From the human T2T-CHM13v2.0 reference genome, Homo sapiens: a DNA stretch of 64,000 bases. The stretch lies in NCBI RefSeq assembly GCF_009914755.1, contig NC_060940.1; one strand, 5' to 3'. The notes beneath the pieces were generated by a model, which was not told the origin of the DNA, ran no database searches, and saw nothing but the letters and a program-made list of their open reading frames with translations. Below, piece by piece: positions 37,680 through 64,000 of this stretch. The stretch's first letter is position 1. Each line of letters begins with the position of its first letter. A program made the position numbers and the translations under genes.

Positions 37680-38365
37680 CCTTACTCGTCCACGCCGCCT
37701 CACTCCCTTTCACTTTGTGGCTGTCAGCAACCACTTCTCGGAAGAGCCCGGGCGCGGACAGCTCCTTTCATCAGCCCCAAGCCGGACAGGACCCTAAGAC
37801 CAAGTCACCCAGGGGCTGTTGCCTAGCAACCCTCGTGGCCCCGCTAGCGGGAAGGAAACCGAACAGAAAACGCACAAGCGCAGAAAAGAAACTCCTGGCC
37901 GTCGGTCGGCCCCCGCTCAACAGCCCAATAAACGGAAGAGCTTCTAGTCACCGCCCACCTTGCTCGGCTCTGACCGGAAGCTAGGCGTCACCTCCGCCCG
38001 TATTAAAGATGGTCGACCTTTTTCCCCTCCTTTTCCTGCCCCCAGACTAGAGGCGGGATGTAGTCTCTTAGGCTAAGAGTGATTGGTCACAAGGAGACTC
38101 GGAAGTGTCTGATCAGAGCCCCAGAGGAGGCCTTGAGAGCCTGTTGGCGTACCGTTCCACACTTGGATCCAGGAATCGGGCGTGTTCCAGGCTGCTCTCT
38201 ATGGTAGCTTTGGGCGGATAGAGGGGGCGCGCAAAGTATTAAGGGACAATAATGGCCGCTTTCAAGGTGTGGATTTTGGCTCCTTGAGCCTGTCTGAGCG
38301 AGGGGTGGCAGCGCCGGCGCCCCAGAATCCGGGACAGAAGGGTCCCAAGAGTCGCGCTTGGTGAG
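37680..38365. promoter_or_regulatory. CpG-rich bidirectional promoter and first exons of TXNL4B (-) and DHX38 (+)
   Basis: High CpG; ETS CCGGAAG 37974-37980 and CGGAAGTG ~38100; CCAAT on both strands (37925, 38082); YY1-like AAGATGG and AATGGCCG; divergent splice donors at 37680 (-) and 38366 (+). Confidence 0.85.
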
Positions 38366-40209
38366 GTGAGAGTCCCTTCTTCCTTCCTGGCCTGCCCTTC
38401 TGTAATCATGGCGGCTCTAGGCGGCGGATATTGGTCCCCTGCTCAGGTCCGGGCCCCAGTTTGGGGAGTTCCTCTGTCGTCCCTGTCACCCACCTTGCCT
38501 TACTCACCTCAGGGATGCTGCATCCGTCCTGGCCGCCTTGGCCTTCCTCCTTGCTCTGGTCAAATCCTGCTGCCTGGAGCGGCCTCGCTGAGATCCAGGG
38601 ATGCTGCCTGGAGTGGCCTTGCTCCCTCTCCCAGGCCTCCGCTTTAACCCACCCCAGACTGTCACCGAGCCCGAGTAGGACTCCTTGTGTCTTCCTCTGC
38701 TCTCTCACAGTGTTATTTATACCAGGCAATCTGGTGGGCGATCTCTTCTACTAGAATGTCAGCTCCAGGTGGGCGGGGATTTTTGTCTTGTTCTCTGTTG
38801 CTATCGCCGAGAACAGCAATTGGCTCAGGGACACCCTCAGTGAATAATTGTTGAATGAATGAATCCAGGTTCTTTCTTCCCTGGCTTTCTCGTACGCCTT
38901 GTAGTTTCTTTGCCATTAATCCTTCTCAAGAATCTTGCTCTTTAGCTCCTTATTTGTTCGTCTCAGCAGCTAATGAAGTTCTCTCTGGCTGTCTCCTTGT
39001 CCTGTGTTGCTGGAATCTTCCCTTGCTGTCTCCAGAAATGTTTGGGTTCCTGTCCTCCTTTAATAAGTTTAAATTAATTCATTTTTTAATTTATCAAACG
39101 CTTATTTTGCTAGACATTGAGCTACAGCAGTCAACAACACATCCAGTGTTCTCTCAACTGCGTAGAATGGCAGTCCAGGGTACCTTTCCTAGTTTAGACA
39201 ACTATTGAGTAGAGCCTGTATATCTTTACCTTCTTGTGTGGATTTCCTCACATGCGCACAGATGTCACCAATATGCAGCTTTCTTTTTTTCTGTTCTGCC
39301 TGATGGCATTTTCAAAATGTAACTCTTGTTTCTGCATTAATATTATGTGTCCAGTCTGTTTGGCAATACTCTGTAGAGCTGTGCATTTAATTAGAGTTTG
39401 GTAAACAATTCTGGATTCTGGTGGCATCTCCTTTGCTTTGCTAACTTGTTGGAATGAGAGGAATTATCCAAGCATCCAGAACTGATATATGTTGATGAGT
39501 GGCAGATGTGTAGTGAGAGGTAAAGAGGAGCTTGTTCCAACTTGAGTGCCAGAAGTCTTGTAGCCACTTAAATACTTCTCAGTAACACCTTTTCCTAACC
39601 TGGTGTTTCTCATAAATATTTTTGGTGAACATGGATTGTTATTAAACTGATTTTGGCTGCTGTGAGTAAATTGTTTTCTGTAAAACGCAGCTAGGCCAAG
39701 AAAAGCCACTAAAGTATGGAGAACATGGACGGTAGCCTTCTGCCCCATCTCTGTGCTGCTGTACCTGTTGTTTAAAGAGAGGAAGAGGTAGAACTCATGT
39801 AAAAAAATGGGTGAGGGACCAACAGTATATAGGAGGATAGCAAATAATACAATGTAGCAGTTACATTTATGTTAACTGTTATGGTTACATAAAGAGCTAC
39901 TCTTTATGGTTTCACATACACTTTTTGTTTGATTCTCACAATAGCTTCATGGATTAGATAAGGTAAAAATTTTTTCCATTTAATAGATATGAAATTATGG
40001 CTAAACAAAGATTAAGTTATTTGCTTACCATCATACAGGTAGAAAGTGTCAAGAGCCTGGTTTCTAATTGAGGTTTCTGATTCAAATTTAGTGGTGTTTT
40101 CCCTACATCCCTGTTACAGCTGCTGACATCAGGCTCTAGAAAGTGTCCCTTAGTGAGACCTTTTATTGCCTCTTGGATCTTTGTGGGGGCTGGGGAGGAA
40201 TGTATGGGG

Positions 40210-40234
40210 TGTGTGTGTGTGTGTGTGTGTGTGT
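40210..40234. repeat. (TG)n microsatellite in DHX38 intron 1
   Basis: Directly visible. Confidence 0.9.
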
Positions 40235-40424
40235 ATCTATTTTGGTGTTTATTGGGGGTTGGAATAGGAGAATCTTTGGAGATAGGCAGTGACTTGATGG
40301 AAAGGTCTTGGAGAGAGGGAGCAAAAGTAGTCCTGGTCTTAAGGGGAGATGGGGAAGGTTAATCACCTACATATAACCATAACTGCATTTATTGTGGGAT
40401 ATAGTAGAGCTGAGCCTTCTCTAG

Positions 40425-56812
<16,388 letters not shown>

Positions 56813-57200
56813 GCTGAGGCTGTCCCCAGAGAGGATGGCAGCAGGTATTGGGTCCTGAGCCTTCTGGCGGGAGCCCTGAGGCTGCGGACAAAGCCCTTTC
56901 ATCTGAGGACTTTCATCTGTGCATATCACGGCCCCCCAGGGCAGTTCCTGCTGGACCAGACTCTCTGGCAGAGGAGGTGGAGTTCCTCCATGCAGGAGCA
57001 CGGCATGGCGGGAGCGGGGCTGCAGAGTATCCGAGGTGCTGCCGGGGCAGCGGGAGGTGGCTGGACCCATCGCATCTAAAACTGGCCCAGGACACTTGGT
57101 GTATGCGTGACTTGGCTGTGGCTGTCTTTTTTAATCCTTGTGTAAAGCAGCAAAAAAGACCTAAAGGGAATTGTAATTTGGTTATAATTCAGGATTTGGA

Positions 57201-57206
57201 AATAAA
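57201..57206 (+). terminator. DHX38 polyadenylation signal
   Basis: AATAAA ~390 nt after the stop. Confidence 0.8.
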
Positions 57207-59924
57207 TTTATTATTTGTAAAACATGACTGCATGTCTGACTTTTTCCTTCACCCTCTTAAATCATGTAATAAAGGTGGGGGGTGCAGAAGCCTGCCCTGA
57301 CTTCCTTTGCATGGGTCGTCCTGGAACTCTGCCCTTATTTCTGCACAAGGCAGACCAAGCTCTGAGGGTGCCCAGCTGCTCCTGAGGCTGGGGGGCACTG
57401 GCAGGTCTGCCTTGATGGCCAGGTCATGGGAGGGAAGTGCGCAGGAGTCCACCCCAGCCTTCCCTGGGGTGGTTTGGCTGCTTGAAAGAGGTCCATGTGA
57501 TTGCTCTGGATGGCAGAGGGTAAGGGTTGTCCATTGACTGAAAAACAGTGTAAAATGTTGCTTATTGATTTTCACGTAAAAGGTGACCCTTACACCAGAA
57601 TCACCAGTCTTTTCTCTTTTTAAGCAGTCTCTTAAGTCTGCTGAGGTGGCTTTTTGGTTGTTTGGCCCTTTCCACTAACCATGGTGTATATGTTGTGATT
57701 CCTCCAGGCTGGGCTTCTGCCAGGTGTGCTGGTTGGCAGGTTCTGTGTTGGGGTTGAGTCACAGACAGGATTGGGGCTCGGAAGCACCTTGATACCAGGC
57801 CAGTGCCGGCGTGAGCCCTGTGGTGCGTGGCCTGCTGTGCTGTTCTGATCCCTTTCTCCCTCTGTTCCTGGGATTTGCCTTTCCATGTTATAACTCAATA
57901 AATGTTAAAATGTAAGTCAATTTTGTGGGTGAGCTCAGAAGCCTAGCTTTGCCAGCCAGCACCAGCTACCACCTCTGCCTCCATTCTTCCCTCTAGCCCC
58001 CTTGGGGGAATGCAGGTGGAAATGGGCTTCTCAGGGCTCTGTAGTGAAGAGAGGGCTGCCAGCACTTTGCCTAGGAAGCCTTCTAATCTTGGCCCTAGGT
58101 TGGAGGACTAGAAGTTGGCTGATGTGTGACCTATTTACAGAATCAGGCAATGGAGTAGGAAAAAGATTGAGGTTCTACTTAACAGTTATTATTAATAAGC
58201 TGTGACCTTGGTCACAAACTCACTAAGTCCCTTAGATAAAAAAATAAGGTCAGAGAGGCTATTAAAACAATGGGTCCAACTCAACCATCGTATTTACAAG
58301 CAAGGAACACCTGGTAAAGGATACTTGGTACATGTGGGTGCTACAAGAGGAATGGAGGGGTCCCCTGCCCACAGCAGCTCCCCCTGAATTTGCCACGGTA
58401 CTGGAGCTTCTGCTCAAGGCTCTGTCTCTTCCTGTGTTTCCAGTGTTTTTTTAAATTACAGATCCTTTCCATTCCGATCTTCCTTAAAGTTCCTTCGAGC
58501 TTTAATATTCTGATTCTCACTGTCTTTTCTTCAGATGGCAACTGATTGTTTTTCTAGAGGTACAAAAGCATACCTATGACATGGTCTCTAGCACCATGGC
58601 CCCGTTGTGGACTCCTGAGTCTGGCTGACCCTTGTTATTGTCTGTATTTTTTTAGTGTAACCATCCTAATGGCTGGTATCTCATTGCAGTTTTGATTTGC
58701 ATTTCCCTAGTATTTAGTGGTGTTGAGCATCTTTTCATGTGCTTATTATTGGCCATTTGTTTATCTTCTTTGGAGAAATGTCTCAAGTCCTCTTCCCCCC
58801 CCCCTTTTTTTTTTGCGTTAGTAACTTTTTAAAAATTTTTAAATTTCAACTTTTATTTTAGATACTGAGGGTACATGTGCAGGTTCATTATATGGGTATA
58901 CTGTGTGATGTGGTAGGTTTGGGGTATGGATCCCATCACCGAGGTAGTAAGCATAGTACCCAACAGGTATGTTTTCAACCCATTTCCCTCTCTCTATTCC
59001 TCCCAACCAAGTAGTCCACAGTGTTTATTGTTCCTATATTTATGTCCCTGTGTGCTCAATGTTTAGCTCCCACTTATAAGTGAGAAGAAGTAGTATTTGA
59101 TTTTCTGTTCCTGCAAGAATTAGCTTAGGATTATGGCCTCCAGCTGCATCCATGTTGTTGCAAGGGACATGATTTCATTCTTTTCTATAGCTGTGTAGTA
59201 CCCCATGGTGTGTATGTACATTTCCTTTATCCAGTCCACCATTGCTGGGCACCTAGGTTGATTCCATGTCTTTGCTATTGTGAATAGTGCAGCGATGAAC
59301 ATGCGAGTGCATGTGTCTTTTTGGTAGAATGATTTATTTTCCTTTGGGTATACGCCCACTCATGGGATTGCTGGGTCAAATGGTAGGTCGATTTTAAGTT
59401 CTTTGAGAAACCTTCAAACCTTTGTTCACAGTGGCTGGACTAATTTACATTCTCACCAGCAGTATATAAGTGTTGCCTTTTCTCACCAGCCTTGCCGGCA
59501 TCTGTTATTTTTTGACTTTTTAGTAATAACCATTCTGACTGGTGTGAGATAGTATTTCATTGTGGTTTTGATTTGCATTTCTCTGGTGATTAGTGATCAT
59601 GAGCATTTTTTCATATGTTTGTTGGCTGCTTGTATGTCTTCTTTTGAGAAGTGTCTGTTCATGTCCTTTGCCCATTTTTTTAATGGGGTTATTTGTTTTT
59701 TGCTTGATTTGTTTAAGTTCCTTATAGATTCTAGATATTAGGCCTTTGTCAGCTGTGTAGTTTGTGACTGTTTTCTCCCACTCTGTAGGTTGTTTATTCT
59801 GCTGATAGTTTCTTTTGCTGTGTAGAAGCGCTTTAGTTTATTAGGTCCCTCCTAGCAATTTTTGTTTTCGTTGCAATTGTTTTTGCTGACTTAGCCAAAA
59901 ATTCTTGGCCAAAGCCGATGTTGA

Positions 59925-60242
<318 letters not shown>

Positions 60243-60254
60243 TGATAATGATTT

Positions 60255-60539
<285 letters not shown>

Positions 60540-63431
60540 ATAACAATTTCTATAGTCTGAGGTCTGACATTTAAATCTTTAATCCATCTGGAGTTAATTT
60601 TTATATATGGTGAAAGATAGGGGTCCAGTTTCATTCTTTGGCATATGCTCTGCCCATTTTTGAACTGGGTTGTTTGTTTTCTTGAGTTTTAGGAGTTCTC
60701 TATATATTCTGGATATTAACATCAGAGATATGATTTGGAAATATTTTCTCCTATTCTGTGGGTTGCCTTTTTACTCTGTTGATGTTGCTTTTGATGCACA
60801 AAAGTTTAAAAGTTTCAGGATGTCTAATTTGTCTATTATTTCTTTTCGTGCCTGTGCCTTTGGTGAACTAATCACTGCCAAATCCAGTGCCATGAAGGGT
60901 TTGTTCCATGTTTTCTTCTATGAGTTTTATAGTTTCAGTGGCTACATTTAGGTCTTTGATCCATTTTGAGTTAATTTTTGTATAAGGTATTAGGTAAGGG
61001 CACAGCTTTATTCTTTTTTGCATGCAAATATTCAGTTTTCCCAGCACCATTTGTTGGAAAACTAAAACAAAAACTATCCTTTCCCCATTTCATAGTCTTG
61101 GCATCGTTGTCAAAATTATTTGACCATATATGTGAGGGTTTATTTCTGGGATTCTTTCTAGTCTATTCCATTGGTTTGTATGTCTGTCTTTTGATTTATA
61201 TGGCAGTACCACACTATTTTGATTACTGTAGGTTTGTAGTAAGTTTTGAAGTCAGTAAGTTCTTCAGCTTTGTTCTTCTTTTTTGAGACTGTTTTGGCTG
61301 TTGGGATCCCTTAAGATTCCATGTGAGTTTTAGGTTGAGTTTTCCTATTTCTGCAAAAAAAAAAAAAAAAAAAAATTGGGATTTTGACAGAGATTACATT
61401 GAATCTGTAGATCACTTTGTGTATACTGACATCTTAATATTAAGTCTTTCAATCCATGAACATGGGATGTGTTTCTGTTTATGTCTTCTTTAATTTCTCT
61501 CAGTAATGTTTTATAGTTTTCATTGTACAAGTCTTTTACTGCCTTGGTTAATTCCCAGGTATTTGTTTATTTTTTTGCTATTATAAATGAAATGAAATTA
61601 TTTTTATAATTTCCTTTTCAGATTATTAATTGTTGTTATATAAACCTGCAACTCATTTTTGTGTGTTGACTTTGTATCCTGTTACTTTGCTGAATTCACT
61701 ATTAGTTCTACCAGGCTCTTTTTTGGGGTGGGGTGGTCTGTAGAGTCTTTAGGGTTTTTTACATATAAGATCTGTGAACAGAGATAATTTTACTTCTTCC
61801 TTTCCAGTTTGAATCCCTTTTATTTCTTTTTCCTAATTGCTCTGCCTAGAGCTGCCAGTACGATGCTGAATAGAAGTGGCAAAGCAGGTGTTCTTGCCTT
61901 ATTCCTGATCTTAGAGGAAAAGCTTTTAGTCTTTCACCATTGAGTATAATGTTTGTTCTGGGTTTTTCATATGTGGTTTTATTTTGCTGAGGTAGTTTCC
62001 TTCTAATCCTCATTTGTTGAATGCTTTTTAAAAAATTCATAAAAGAGTGTTGTAACCATTTCTTTTTAATATCAGCTGTTCGAACTACTTTTTAGGAGCT
62101 CAATTCCTTGGTTATTTCTTAACAAATTATAGGCAGGCAACACTCAGTTTCCCTGCCCTTCCTCCTGTCTTTAGAGAAACTGCACTTCTCTAAGTCCATC
62201 CCCTGTACTCAGCCAGGTCTTCTGCCTAGCTGGGCTGTCACAGTCGGATGGCTGGGTAATATGTCGATGTTTTTCTGGCTCTGCTACCAATTAGCTCTCC
62301 ATAACTGACTACCTGCTTTGCTCTGGTGTAATCACTCCACAGGAAGTGAAAGATAACTTTGGAAAGATGTACAACATTCAAAGAAACCAGAGATTGTCAT
62401 TTTGGCCAACGTATATGAAATATTTTGGTAAATTATAGAGATAAAATCCCTTTTTAGTAGACTAGGCTGGGGATTTTAATGGCATTGAACTTTAGTTTGA
62501 ATAAAGCAAGCCACAGGCTAGATGAGTACTAGATTTTTCAATCTTTGTTTTCTCTAGAAAACAAACCCATATTCTAAACCACATGGGGGAACGTAGTTCA
62601 AAGAGCTTAAACAGACAACAACTATCATAACAGAAACTACCAGAGATGCCTGTCACTCCTAGCTCACACTGCATTTCTGGAACTGCCCTTCCCAAGTTCT
62701 GTCAGGGGCATCCTATGTAATATGTTAGTGTTCCTATTAGCAGTGAATTTTCTTGGCCTTTATTAGGCCCAGGAAGAATATTGAAGAATCATTGCTAACC
62801 AGTGGGTTTCTTCCTTCACTTTTACTGCCCCCCTCAGAAGTGTAAGATCTTTCATTTCTTTCCCTTATATTAATATTACCCTAGTAGTGAGTTGTCTCCA
62901 CTTCCTATAGACTAGAAATATAAATTCTAGACATGTACTCAGTTTAACAAAATCCTACCAGAATAAAATATTAGCTGTCCTTAGAGTTTGTCATAATGGA
63001 ATTTCACTTGTATTGAGGTGGCTGGGGAGGAAAATAAAATTGTTAGAAGGAGGAATGGAATGTGGAGCCCGGTGGTGGGCGGGGGGGCAGGTGGCGTGCT
63101 CTTGCTCCCCCACTTGGAAAATACAGCCCTTATTGCTCTTCCTTTCTTTGGGGTCTCAGGATTACTTCCTCTCTGGAGTTTTTAGACTTTCTCTTTTTAA
63201 GTTTCAGATAGTAATGGAAAGAAAAAAAAAGGAGCTACTTATCACTTTTGTTGGTTTAAAAACGAATCCAGAAGCTTGCATTGGGTATTATGGCTTCCCT
63301 GTATATGGAAGAGACCAATATCTCTTAGAATTCAGAGAAAACAGGATGAATATGTTGCTGGGGGATTGCGGGGCAGAAATGTCTGCTAGACGCCAACAGC
63401 TCACCACAACTGCTGTGCTCATGCTCATGTC

Positions 63432-63437
63432 TTTATT
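63432..63437 (-). terminator. Probable PMFBP1 poly(A) signal
   Basis: Minus-strand AATAAA ~220 nt past the stop. Confidence 0.6.
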
Positions 63438-63654
63438 TCAGAGTTTGGGCCTGGAGATGGTAGTATGGTTCTAAAGCTCACTCCATGGCAGGAAGTGGAC
63501 AAAACTCAACAAAAGTTAGTGTCTTGCAAAATAGGCTGGGACCGTGATATACTCCTGTAAGAGCTGATCCAGGTCAAGAGAGAGGGAGGGCTGGGAACTC
63601 ACTGTCCTCTGAAGAAACACCCGTGGAAATGCTGCTCAGGGCTAGATGTGGATT

Positions 63655-63671
63655 CTAGCAGTATGAGGAAC
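63655..63671 (-). CDS. PMFBP1: Probable last coding exon of PMFBP1 (gene continues beyond the window)
   Basis: Minus-strand pyrimidine tract and cctcag acceptor, then GT TCC TCA TAC TGC TAG ((G)SSYC*). Matches the PMFBP1 C-terminus and gene order as I recall them; only 17 coding nt visible. Confidence 0.65.
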
Positions 63672-64000
63672 CTGAGGGAACAGGGAGGAAATGAGAGTTT
63701 TGATTCGAGGAGAAATTAACGAGGTGATTCCTCAAGGGCTGGCCGCATGGCCAGGCAGCTCTGCTGCAGGGTGACTTCTTGCCTCTGGGGTAACATGGAG
63801 TTTACAGGTGGCAGGAAAGGCGGCTGTGGACCCAGGCTGGGTAGGTGGCTGGGGTGCTCTTACGGGGTTTCCAGACGTAGAAGGAAGATGCCTCTTCTAC
63901 CTGTTCCCTAAAATGGGTCTGGGTCAGGGGAGGGGACAGGTCTGAGATGTGAGGCACTTGGGTATGCTTCAGATGTTCTTAGATCAGAAGGGGTCTTAAT

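Noticed and set aside
63013-63474. 153-aa plus-strand ORF
   Set aside because: Non-ATG start, low-complexity composition, lies antisense across the probable PMFBP1 3' end

Overview
Eukaryotic (human-type) genomic DNA from the haptoglobin locus on 16q22. Left to right: HP (+, 5 coding exons, 347 aa, single-CCP HP1 form with the F-type DK dipeptide); HPR (+, 348 aa), whose intron 1 holds a complete but decayed ~9.1 kb HERV-I (RTVL-I) provirus; a second, 5'-truncated HERV-I-like element; TXNL4B (-, 149 aa) head-to-head with DHX38/PRP16 (+, 26 coding exons, 1227 aa) at a GC-rich bidirectional promoter; an L1/Alu block; and the probable terminal exon of PMFBP1 (-). I walked the exon chains by hand from GT-AG sites and each gives an intact frame. 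I found no genuinely new biological system; most of this is a known locus. The best leads are: HP/HPR gene-conversion mosaicism, a (TG)n-encoded Cys-rich HPR N-extension just downstream of an ERV LTR, an exact proviral empty site in HP, an LTR-donated TXNL4B poly(A) signal, a palindromic two-strand poly(A) signal, and an RFX box and uORFs at DHX38. Repeat family names and identity estimates are by eye, not computed.
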